Shown here: positions 1 through 12,232 of the stretch, in pieces
Layout: each line of letters opens with the position of its first letter
How positions within the stretch are numbered: the first letter of the stretch is position 1
DNA from: Owenia fusiformis
Lineage: Eukaryota
DNA length: 64,000 bases
Direction: 5' to 3'
Assembly (NCBI GenBank): GCA_903813345.2
Contig: CAIIXF020000001.1
Coordinates: 30,566,001 to 30,630,000 of the forward strand
Program-made: the position numbers and the translations under genes
The notes under the pieces: generated by a model
Databases searched by the model: none
What the model was told of the DNA's origin: nothing
Seen by the model: only the letters and a program-made list of their open reading frames with translations

Positions 1-224
1 GTGGCATTGTGCAATCACAATACTAATTGGTAAACATCATGCTGAATAAATTTCCCAATTTTCCAAATATTTTAATTATTATTTCCAAATCATTTAAAAG
101 AAAGAGATATAAATAGAATAACACTTTACAGCTTTTCATGATTAGAAAAATTGGCACCTGCCCCGTCCATCCCTACCCCGTGTTGCTATAGCAATGATTT
201 TAATACCTAACATTGATGTTTGAT

Positions 225-339
225 GCTGAAACTTCAGGATATGATAGATAACACTTCAATTGCAATATACACAAAATTTCAGCTGAATTGTTAGAATATT
301 AAAGAAAGTTAGAGCATCACTTCTGGGACAACCCTCGTA
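225..339. mobile_element. Right end of a mariner-type DNA transposon (TIR ...ACTTCTGGGACAACCCTCG|TA)
   Basis: 319-339 is the exact reverse complement of TA|CGAGGGTTGTCCCAGAAGT at 35104-35124; TA-flanked CGAGGG termini are typical of mariner elements. Left boundary approximate. Confidence 0.55.
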
Positions 340-1959
340 CACTGATAGAATGATTCTTGCTTCTTGTAAATATTATTTCTTTTACATTTGATTATATGCC
401 CTTCAGATTGTTATCTAATTGAGATTGCATTTGTATCCTGTATTGTTATTTAGGAAATAAAACAACATAAAAGTAATGTAACATAAACATCGGAGGTACT
501 GTTATTACTGAAGATGAAACTTCTCTATATCCTGATCAGTGGTTTATCTCTTTATTCCATAATAGCAGTCTATCATGTAAAGTAGAAAAACTAATGCACA
601 ATAGTACTCTTGAAAAATTACCCTTGAACAGAATGAGATCAACTCAATTTTGGTCAAAACTGTAAATGTTCCTTATTCTGACATTTGCACATTTTAAATA
701 TATAATTTCTTTCCAATTATAGGAATACATGTACAGAATAATGTATATATACTTCAAGGGCCAGCAAATCAAACCCCATCAAGGTCATTCATGTAAATAT
801 GTGCCAAAGACAGGTAGAAAATGGAACTAGAGCCTATGCTTAGTATTCCTCTTGTCAACAAAGTATGTATAAAATATATCTAGCTCCAATACAGAATCTG
901 TGTTTTAGTTAGGTACAAGTCGAGAACAAATATACTTTCATGCCCAAAATCTAAAGTTATTTAAGTTGTGAGACGTCAATTTTTTATGTCACGAGAAATT
1001 GATATGTTGCCATCATGATAAACGGTTATAAAATAACATATTGGTTTGTTTATTCAATCAGAGATAACTGTATCTATATTCTAAAAGGCTGAATATGTTG
1101 AATATCATTGGCAAGTATTGCAAAATATGGTACAATCTCTCAAGTTATGAATTAGACTACTTAAAAATATATATTCTATATTAGAAGATGGCATTACTTA
1201 GCATGGGGACATAATCTTTCTAGGCGACCAAAGGCAGTTAGTCCATATTATTTTTCAACAATCAGAAATTAGATATTAATAAATGAGAGGTACAGTTGCA
1301 ACATGACTTAAAGACGATCAGTTATAGAGAATACTGTCAATTTTGTACAAGAAATGTTTTTATACTTCAATACATACAGTTTAGGCTAGACATCAGGGTC
1401 ATAGAATAATGACAATGAGTCAATGCAGTCAATGAATGACCAATCAAAGTGAATGAACTTGAAAACAATGTCTAAAGGCTTTATGTAGATGTTTTTGATA
1501 ATATGCTCACATCATTGACAACAAACTGTAGCTTTCTTGGCAGTGAGTAGCCTAAGCCTAAAATAGCTTTGACTAAAATTAGCCCTTAGTTAGAACGTTG
1601 ACTTCATCATCAAAAGTGAAGCCATGCAGAAGGTGAACTTGAAAACTCATGGTCACTGAGTTAAAAATAAAAAAATAAGCTACATAACAATTACATGTAT
1701 TAGTGCAGACCAATGGGACAATCAGGAAACTAAATGAAAGCAAAAAATGATGAATTTTCTTTTTTCAAGATTTTCCGTCTTACATTTCACAAATAGTCTA
1801 TCAAGTGATTATATCGACAAAAGTACTATTTATTCAAACATTAAAGCCCATTCCATTTTACAAAAGATTTTGATAACCTTACTACCTTTAAAAGCATAGA
1901 AATGTAACCAAATAACTGTATACTTGCTGAAAATAACAGCACAAAAGACGATTGATTTC

Positions 1960-2056
1960 ACTCACCGTACAGCTCAATCTACTTGTAAGGCAAACAAAGC
2001 ATTATGGGATCGCTAAAGAGTTATTACGCGGGAAATTTGAATTACACTAACTCACT
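1960..2056. promoter_or_regulatory. Candidate cell-cycle (DREAM/E2F) promoter and 5' end of an unidentified minus-strand gene
   Basis: CGCGGGAAA (E2F-like, 2027-2035) directly followed by TTTGAAT (CHR-like, 2036-2042); GCATTATGGGAT (ZNF143/Staf-like, 1999-2010); minus-strand GTGAGT donors near 1960-1965 and 2050-2055; CpG-rich to the right, CpG-poor to the left. No coding exon identified. Confidence 0.45.
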
Positions 2057-3659
2057 TGCGCAAAACAGCCAAGAGCGGATTACTGTTTCGGGCTTTTTAC
2101 AGCTGTTTTTCTTGGTTATTTGAGACGGAATAGTCAAGTGATTTGATATATATGTCATAAAACACTACAGTTTGTGTTATTAATGTGTTTGATTTCGACT
2201 TTGGGTTGTCATTACCTTGTTATGCTTACTGAAACACGCTTTTTTCGTCTCGCAAACGTCCCGTTGAACGAATTTGGAGACCACTTATGTTCTTCCACCT
2301 GGCTCTGTGTGTATGGTTCCTTTATATTTCCATAAAGAACAGTGACATCATGTTAATACGTGTGTTGATTCCCATTTTAATAGGTATAATGCAGACAAAC
2401 TAGCTGCGTTGGGTCGACAGGCTGAGGTCTTGACTCGCGCTCTTCTTGGCAGCTGCGCTAAGAGCGTGTTCGCCTGTTCCCCATGCAAATGCGACCACAA
2501 ATCCTTTGAACCATTATGTTTGACACAAGCTTTGATCTGTCTTGTGTTTTCTTTTCAATTTTGCGTAAAGATGTTAAGCTGCAAAGGCTTATCATTTGTA
2601 CAGGAGTGGCTTACTTATGACAAAGAATCCTGAGACGCAAGTGTGTTGAACCCGTGTTCCATCTTCCGCTCTTGCCTAACAGTACTCTGTCATGGTTTTT
2701 AACAATTCAATGATTGTGTAAGCTTTCCCAGGCATATTATTTTCTTTTATACATCATCAGATTAAAATGGTATTAAGAGTCCCAGACGACGGGTCACTGC
2801 ATGCGACCCATCCCCCACTCTCCCAGCAACAATGTCTTGGCCTACTTGTAGGCCACTTTGGATGGAGACTCACACATTTTGATGCTAACTATTTAAGTCG
2901 AAAAGATATTTTAGATTCAAAAGATTAGCTTACAACTTTTGGGGTAACTACATTGAAAGGTCTATGCCTACTGAGCATACATAGGCTACTTGGACCAAGT
3001 CATTTAGCTTAATTTGAAACAAGTTTTTATGGTATCCAACCATAGCACAAAAGTTTTAAAACTTTGAAAAAGTTTCTTCTTTGTCCTGTTAAATGTCTTC
3101 AACACGAATCTAAGAAACACAAAATATATAAACAAATCTTAAACGTGTTTTTAAGTTTATTAGACACTTCATAAGCTATATTTATCGATAACCCTCGTAA
3201 AATACAGATCGAATGCTTCCACATTGCTATCTATGGATTGTTGCATTGGTGTTTCATGTATCGGAATGTTATTCAGTTGAACAATAGAATAGGCTCAACA
3301 CTGCTGGTAGGATCTTGATGGAGATTATTGCGCGATTGTTTTCATCTCACCAGTAGATCTACTCAGCTTCGTAAGTAAGACTGACTGTAGTTCAAAATGC
3401 GCAATTCTACTGGTCCAAGTATGGTTCATTTAGGTTAGGCTAGGTTCATGGTGATAATTAAGAAGTGTTCCCATGAATATAACTATGACTGGCCTGATAA
3501 GTTATAACCATGACTAATGACTGACGGTTTCAAAAATCGAAGTAAAGCCACACCAAAGCCTATGGTAAATATCACAAATCATGCTCACTTAGCCTGTATC
3601 AAAAAAACGCAACAAGTAGTTATCTCGTAAAAGTACAAAACTAGTGATGACTACATCAA

Positions 3660-4559
3660 TTTCATTTAATGTACCATAAAGCCACGTCTCTCCTCTTTGC
3701 AATGATATGTCATTCATTCACATGTGGTAATGGTTGGGTGAGAAATCCTTCCATGTGCACGTACAGTGGGTCAAAATCGGTTCTGCACCAAGTTTTAGAT
3801 ATTGAAAAAATCAGTGCAAGGGCTAAGTCATGTAAGTGGCAATGGAGGTTCCCCTGACTTGAATTGTTGTGACTTTTTCTTCTGGAGCTATCCGTCAGGA
3901 GCATTTGTGCTCACAATTCCTCCACCAGATATTGCAAAACCTCGAGAAAGATTTGCCCATGGGCTGGTTTTCTTTGCTTTAACCCACACGTGATTCAGGG
4001 CTGAACCATGCATGACGTGGACAGATGAGCGCATCTTTATGTGCAAGGAAGTGGTGGCGAGGTATAGGATGTTTTCTTGCAAGAGTATGAGTATGAACAT
4101 GTTACTGTCTATGCCAAGCCTGTCACACCTTCTTCCAATAGCCCCTATGCCCCTTGTACTGACTTTTGCAATGTTTTAAACTTGGGTCCGAGCTGAAATT
4201 TGCCCAACTTAAAATTAATTAATGATTATTCGGCCAGAGATGACTCCCTGTGAATGAATGATATTCCATTACAAAGAGGAGTAATTTGGCTTTTGGTACA
4301 TTGAATTAAAAGGATGCAGTCAGCATTGGTTTCATGTTTTAATCCTGCAATGTTTATAACTTGGCCCGAAGCTAATTTTGGCCCACTTTGCAAATGGAAT
4401 GATTACTCGCCCAACCATGACCAAATATCAATGAATGATATATCATTGTAAAGAGGAGACACGTGGCTTTATGGTGCATTGAATGAAATCAATGCTGTTA
4501 TCACTGGTTTTGTGCTTTTCCAAGATAACAATCTGTTGCATTTTTTGGTACGCACTGTA
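3660..4559 (+). mobile_element. Decayed Tc1/mariner transposon: transposase C-terminal remnant and right end
   Basis: SPDLNCCDFFFWSY (~3850-3891) matches the WPxxSPDLNPxDFFxW catalytic-region motif, followed by a broken C-terminal tail (PPPDIAK.RER...); ~180-bp subterminal direct duplication (4167-4345 vs 4346-4500); ends in ...TTTTTTGGTACGCACTG|TA. Left boundary uncertain. Confidence 0.6.
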
Positions 4560-5299
4560 TAATGAGCCACGCTTTGGGTAATTTGTACGTCCACAGTAGT
4601 ACAAGTATGTTCAGGACTCAATTGTACACTCATAATCGCTCCTCCTACCACACCACAAGTTACCTTGTTGCAGCCCCGGGTTGCACCACACCATTCAACA
4701 GTCTAGTCTAGGAAAATCGAACTTCCGTTTTTACTCTATTGAAAGTAATAAACATCATACTAGCTCGTTGTCCACAGTTCATGTGACAGATTCTCATCAA
4801 ATTTCCTTCCATCACTTCCCCATCCCCAACCACTTTCTTATACCAAACCTATCAGAACATATTTTTAATAATTGTTGGGTTCACAAACGCAGTCAAACTT
4901 CACTCACATAGCAAGGTCGAGAAAATTCACCATGATAGACTTTATGGCACACTGCTCAAATCAGATGAAAAAAACTTATTTTCTCCAACGGTGAATATAA
5001 TCATAAGTTAGTATCATCAATCATCATCCGTTTGAGTTAGTATCATCCTTTTCAAAGCCATTTTCTTCAAACTCCCCTATTTCGGAGTCATTGATTTGGA
5101 CATTTCTTTGCACTTGTTTACAATCAGAGCTTTATTAGTTTGCATGATGAAATATTTTGAATCCAGATCTTACGTTGAAATCGAAGGTTTATTGATATCG
5201 CACGAATTTTGTCTACCATCATGGATGATACGATCTCTCGTTAACATTAGTATCATCTGATGCATAGACCAGTGAATGTAGGCTATACAGGGTCAGGCT

Positions 5300-6620
5300 T
5301 GTCATGTGATACTCTGATATTCATCACATCATCTTGTTTCACCACGGTTTCACCAGCGACCATTCTGATTCCAATACTCGTCGCATAATTGTGCTTCACT
5401 TGCGACATGCATTCCGATAGTCACTATATAGTCATTGTTATAGTCTCCAACTTTTTTTGTGGATTGTGTTTGGCGTTCGACGATTGGTGCTCATGGTTCG
5501 GAGGTTGGTGATCGGCGTTCGGCGGTTACGTTCAGAGGTCGGCGTCTGTAACAAATGACAGGTGGTGACATTTCACATGCTCTTCTCTTGTATCTTTGTG
5601 GAGCATCATTGAGTTTAACTTGCGACATGTGTTCTGATTTTGATGCTACTTATCACATCTTTCTACTAGCGACACCCATTCTGATATTCATTCTGCAATA
5701 TGTATTCTGATATCCATAGCATTTTTATGCATTCTGATATTTATCTGATATTTCCGTTTAACTGTATGACACTCATGCTGATAGTTATCACATTTAGGCT
5801 ATGTATCTCTAGCGACATACATTCTGTTACTCATCATATTTTTCTGTTTCACAAGCGAGTTGCATTCTGTTACTAATTATAGACTTTTTGCGAATCCATT
5901 CTGATATTTTGATATTCATCGTATTTTTATGCAGTCTGTTAATCAGCACATCGTTCTGATCAACTAGTGACATGCATTCTGATATTCTATATATCTTTCT
6001 ATATATCTTTCCTCCCTCCATTTTTTCTAGCAACATGAATTCTGATACTCAGCACATCTTTCTGTGACTTGCATTCTGATATTCTTAACATCTTTCTGTG
6101 ACATCCATTCTGATATCCACCCTATTTTTATGCATTCTGGTATTCGTAACATCTTTCTGTGACATTCATTCTGATATTCATCCCATTTTTATGCATTCTG
6201 ATACTCATCACATCTTTCTGTGACATGAAATCTGATATTCATCGCATTTATATTCACTCTGATATTCTTCGCATTTATATTCATTCTGATATATTCATCA
6301 CATCTTTCTCTCCTACTAGCAGGGACAATAATTCTGATATTCATAACATCTTTCTGTGACATCCATTCTGATATTCTTCACAATTTTATGCATTCTGATA
6401 CTCATCACATCTTTTCGTGACATGCATTCCAATATTCATAACATCTTAGACTTTCTGTAACATCCATTCTGATATTCTTCGCATTTTTGTGTATTTTGAT
6501 ATTCGTAACATCTTTCTGTAACATCCATTCTAATATTCTTCGCATTTTTGTGTATTTTGATATTCGTAACATCTTTCTGTGACATCCATTCTGATATTCT
6601 TCGCATTTTATCTTTCTGGT
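5300..6620. repeat. Degenerate minisatellite built on CATTCTGATATT (~28-30 bp subunits, ~57-59 bp higher-order unit)
   Basis: Dozens of CATTCTGATA(T/C)T cores; near-perfect 59-bp units ACATCTTTCTGTRACATCCATTCTRATATTCTTCGCATTTTTGTGTATTTTGATATTCGTA at 6440-6610; degenerates leftwards. Confidence 0.85.
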
Positions 6621-7192
6621 TCACTATTATTGATGGTCATTTTGATACTTATCGCATTAGAGCTGAGATGAAATGAATATATCATGATAGGGTGTAGTGA
6701 CCCTTAACGTTGATATATGATTATAAAACAGAGGGGACGGGGGGGGGGGTTACAGCAAAATTCCATCGAGATGCCTGCATCCTATGTTAATGATTCCGAG
6801 ATGCTCTGCCACAACACGTACAAACGAGCAAACGTCATGGTTGTTAGGCCCATAGATTATGATGCACCTAATAACCTGTTGCAGCCTTTACATCATCAGT
6901 TTTCTACATTGTGATTGTTCTGTCATCAGTACATACTGGTTCTTAGCATTATTTTGCAGATAAATAATTTTTGCTTCGGAACGTATTGTTGTTTTCCCAA
7001 ACATTTTATTCCAGAACAAAAAAGAGAAGGGGGAAAACCGAAATGCGGGCTTTGTCTGAATAAGTGTCATAATAGACACATGACCTCATGAAAAATTATC
7101 GTTGCATAATAAAAGGTCAATCTTACACGTACCATGGATCAGAGCAACATACTTATTACCCAGCGATTAAAATGGTAATGATGTAGTTTATT

Positions 7193-7254
7193 AAATTTCA
7201 TCTTTATGGCTACATAAATTATATATAATTTATGTAGCCATAAAGATGAAATTT
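7193..7254. repeat. Perfect 62-bp palindrome without spacer
   Basis: AAATTTCATCTTTATGGCTACATAAATTATA|TATAATTTATGTAGCCATAAAGATGAAATTT, checked base by base. Confidence 0.95.
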
Positions 7255-10200
7255 CGACTTAATAGTGAAAAACTGCACTTAGTACGTGTGACAGTCATGT
7301 GACAAAGGACGTTGTGACACCAAATATTCCTTAATTACCTTCAACACATTTTAACAACTAAATATACGTTTTAGGAAAAATAAATAACAAAACCAACACT
7401 CGTTTGTGAAGATGTTTTTGACCCAGCCTTACCCTCTTAAAACCGAGAATAAATCAAGTTTCAGCTATTCAGTAAAAAGTTTCACTAACATTTATTTTTC
7501 CATAAAATGGATTTGGACCTGACCCTTGCCACTCAAATGACCTTTAAAGAAAAGCAATATAGTTTTCAACTTTGGTCTCCTTGAAATGTATCTGCGTACA
7601 AGATAGGTAGTGTGTAAACTGTTTAAGGTTATACCATGGAGGCGAAGCTATCTTTTAAGCATTCTTCCTAACTCAGGAATGGAGAATGTAACACAAATTA
7701 GTTAGTTAAAAATCAATTGAAAAATAAAATGTGAAAAATGACCTTCGACTTAAATACGTGACACGTGTAGAAAATGCTAAGTAGAAAAGTGCATCTCGAA
7801 AAACCCGAGCTACTTAGCATTTTTTGTTACATTCAGTAAATAATGCCTTAAGAGGACTAAACAGGTGCATATGTTAGGCCAATCCATTACCTCCTCTCAT
7901 AGAGATGATAAGAGAGACGTTGAGAGACAGGGAAGATGCAAACAACCCACCCACATGTTTTTCTGAAATGTTGTCCTGATTTTCAACCCCTTCTACTTCT
8001 GTTTTTCAATTATTGTTGCATCACTATGTTGCGTTTTGACACACAGTTAGCCCCTTCAGGGATTTTAAAGATATCCATTATGGGTGATCAAAATTAAGCT
8101 GAAAGCAAGAGTTTTCCCTATGGGACAATAACATGGGACATTGTGTTTTCCAAAGGAATTACTCTCATGAGAACAATAATGAGATATCATGGCATTCTCT
8201 TAGCTTATTTCTTGTAGTTTCTAGTAATATGTGATTAGTATCAGAATGGAGAACTTATAAAACGAAATAGTGTCACAGTGAGTGTAAGATAAAAGTTCCA
8301 TTTATGGTATACTCTTCCACATGAGTTTATTAACAAAGTCTTACAGGGCCAATACCGCTTACAATGCTGTATATAATGATGTTAAATAAAATAACTCTGT
8401 TCTCAAAGCGCAATTCCTTGAGGAAGGATGGACGTGAAAGCAAAATCAAATTCAAATCAATAAATAAAAACAAGGGATATTAAGGGGGTGTCATTACAAG
8501 CAGCACATACAATATATACCTGCGATAATATCTCCTAAAATGATAAATCAAATGATATATATTCTCCGATTTAAGTTATGGTGGTAATAAAGATACCTTT
8601 CATTAACACAGACAATCCCAGCAAATAACAAATTCTGACAAATCCCACCAAATAAGACTAATTCTGACATACATGGACATATTATAGGATTTGAATGTCA
8701 TACTGCCTTCAGACCAATCGTACATCCATAAAAACTAAACTACTATACTATTACAGATCTTAGATTACATATGCAACCAGTATTATTATCCCTATCTGCC
8801 ATTGAGCAATTGATCATAGAAACAACTCCTTTAGATAACACCCTCACTTGTCCATAAAAATTGTCCTTGATACTATGTATAAATACAATGGAAAATGTGG
8901 TGCATATTTATTCTGATTCATTAGTCCATCTTTTTCAAAAGCTCTTCCAGAGATAGTAAACGCTTTGGAACCCATAATGATGCATACCCCTATAGTATAA
9001 AATACAGCATTGACATTGACATTGGTAAAATATTCATGATAGACAATGCGCCAGCCATTTTGACAGAAAGAATAAAAACATTTTGAGAGAATTTTGAAAG
9101 AAAACACATTTATTTTCGTTCCAGTTTTCCAAGCTAACTTTTTCATTAGATATTGAAAAATCTTCCCATTTGTTGATTTAATAGTGCATTTTAAAATTAG
9201 CATATTTTATGGTTTTAGAAATATCCCTTTGCAACTATAAATTTTCAGAAATCAAAGAAATCTTTGATGATGCAATATTATGAATCCAACGAATCCAAAA
9301 TTGTCATCTCATCTGTGTGAAAACTACTTCGCAATTGTACAATGGAAATTTCTTCATTTTGAATCTCGTATCCGTTTTAAAAATTTAAAAGAGATGAAGT
9401 GAATATCAAAATGGTACTCGGAAAATGCACGTTATATGCAGTCTGTTGCATTTTTTCCTGTATCAGCTAGCGGTCCTTGTTCGAACGGAGTCTAATACTC
9501 CCCCATATTGTCTCCATATCTCTCCGCTGCCGTTTCTCCAAGTCTGATAAGGCTGAAAGAGGAACTTTGTCATGAAATGAGATAGCAGACAAGCAAATCT
9601 TTCGCGAAAATATCATCATCTGATCTTGAGTAAGTTATGATTGATTAACACTCGGGACTTATTTAAAATCCCATGGAGATGTATTTAGCCAATACATTCT
9701 TGATTTTGAATATTAATTTAATATGTATTTAGTTTACAAACGCAAAAATATAAGGTCGACCGGAAGGAGACATTCCGAGGGATTTGGAGAATAGAATAGT
9801 AACGAATCGCGGAAAGTTGATGGATTTGGAAAAATTGAATTTTACCTTTGTTTTATTTCAATTTGATATGCTATTTTCTTCAAGATATATAAACAAATAC
9901 CCCTATGGAACTCGATAACCGTTTCCTCATATTCAGCTGTTACATCATTTCTTAGAAATTGTTGCTATCAACAATTTCAAATAAATCAATGAAAAAATCC
10001 TTGTAGTCTCAAATACAGGAATGTTTGTCTAAACGATAGGATAAAAAGTAAAACATAATAATAATAAAAAGAGAGCAATTGTTTGGTATCATATCAAAGA
10101 AAGCATGGTTAAATATTGTATATGGTAAAATAATAATAACTATTCAACCTGTATATGGGATTATCTTTACCGAACGTGGTCTAACATCTACGGTATCAGC

Positions 10201-12017
10201 TGCCGTGAAAAACAGCGTTAACAGTGCGTCCAACAGGGATGATGTTAAGTTACATTTTGGTCTGCATTTGGTTTTTCTCGATAACCTTTAATTATCTAGC
10301 CAGGAAAGAGATGACATGTTCAACCACCGTACGAGCATCTGCTTCATGGTTTTATTATTTTATTTCATCCGTATTTGATCATGTAGTAAAATTTCAAATT
10401 AATCACAAATTGATCTGTTTGACGTACAGCTGACTGCCATATATGGACCTTTATGTAATAAAAACAAAAAGATCATGCTTAATTATTTACAAAAGGGGAT
10501 TGTTTTCATATCTGATGACCGACACGCCCATCGACAGTATCCATCTTCTAAGTGCAAGTCTACACTTTTCTGACCTTACCCATACTGAAAATACTGATAT
10601 TCAAGATCACTTGCTGATATAAGATTGTTCTTGCGTCTTTCAATAGCGAAAGGAAATGTTTTCACTTCATTTGAGATTCTTTCAAAAAGTTCTTCATTTC
10701 AATACTATTGTGTCATAATCTTACCTGATGATTACATCTTGGATTGGATTCAAATGTATTCCTACAGTTCCATGTTTGAACTTGGCGTGTCGGGAAATTC
10801 TTTGTTATTATTTAGGATGGTTGATATATCATTATTACATACTCCTATGTGCCATTCTGTAACAAAATGTAGTTGCCAATAACACATGTAATGCAAATCT
10901 GAAATTGTTTATCCTTTCTTACCAATGAAAATCTTTAATGAAGAAGAAATTGCCATGGATACCAAAAGGTTGAGTCTTTGAAAACCCTATACTGCTTTCA
11001 GACAATTAAATTAATTGGAAAGTCCCTCTTGTTTTCTGTAATGTAAACCACGGAGTAATGAAAGAGAGTGTACTTTAAACGTGTATGTACTTTAACGTTC
11101 AGTGTCTATTTAATGTATTCATTGAATAAAATAATATCGATATACCAGTTTGACAAAAATTGTTTCTTTACATTCCAAATATAGTCCACCTAATTGTTTT
11201 GACAATGACGGCAAACATTTTCAGGAGTGTAATTTTGCCGAAAATGAAATCCAAATCGATCGTAATTTACAAAGAAGTATCTATAGAAGCAATTATATTA
11301 TTGTCTGACGAATTCAGCACACACTGGAATGCATGCGCTGAAATGGTATTTATTTAAGACGCACTTGTAAACCACAGAATAATGGTTTAAGAGTACTCTT
11401 TGTACACAGGATAGCTGTAAGAAAAATAATCCAAACAATTTTAAGTCAAGATACATATTTTCAAAACGTTTCGGACAAAAATGCATAGTTAATTAACATG
11501 AGAAACTAAATCGTATGTTTGTTTGCATGTTTTATCTCAGTCATTGTCTCTACAAAATAGGGAGTTAGGCCTATTCTTCATCCGAACTCATTAGTAAAGC
11601 AAGAGATTAGAATTTAGACACAGAACTTATGCTTCTTAATCAAATTCTTTTGAACCTTCCAAACGTGGTCATCATTAGTAATAAGACCGATGCTATCGAA
11701 CTGATATTTTTCTTAAGTCATATGTGTGTATGACATAGCGTAAATACACAAACCTGTTGCATTTTGGAATAAAAAATGAATAATCGTTAATCTTTTTTAA
11801 AAATTGATCGTCCGTCACAAAAGAGTGCAAAGTTCGTGGATTTATCTGACGAAGTTTTTTAAAAACAAAAGAACGTGAACGGAGACTTGGACAATGGTCT
11901 GAACAAGAGTCTGTCGGATCCACTCGGGCAAAACTAATTGACTTTGGTGATACATACGTAAGAAACACCGGGGAACTTCTTTACAAGCGCATTTAGACGC
12001 GAATTTAGAATCAAGCG

Positions 12018-12135
12018 TGGCACGTGCCATTCATATAGACAGCACTTCTGATTGGCGAATCTACCAGCAATATCCAATACATTCCTCCTCAGCAATTATA
12101 AAATTATTAATTTAACTTTGATGGTAGCTGATTGG
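12018..12135 (+). promoter_or_regulatory. gcm proximal promoter: TGGCACGTGCCA class-B E-box palindrome, CCAAT boxes, candidate TATA
   Basis: TGGCACGTGCCA 12018-12029; ATTGG 12051-12055 and 12131-12135; CCAAT 12074-12078; TATAAAA 12097-12103; all 100-215 bp upstream of the gcm ATG in a CpG-retaining region. TSS not determinable. Confidence 0.55.
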
Positions 12136-12232
12136 TTACTGGCACACTTGGAAATGTTTAACAATGCTAATGAAAACAAAAGTGTGATGTATATAATTAT
12201 GTGACTACCTGTTGAAGATATACTAAGTTCTA

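Noticed and set aside
8844..9203. 119-aa minus-strand ORF and other 60-110 aa ORFs in the track
   Set aside because: AT-rich compositional ORFs with no recognisable domain or coherent splice structure; many are antisense shadows of real exons or lie in repeats.
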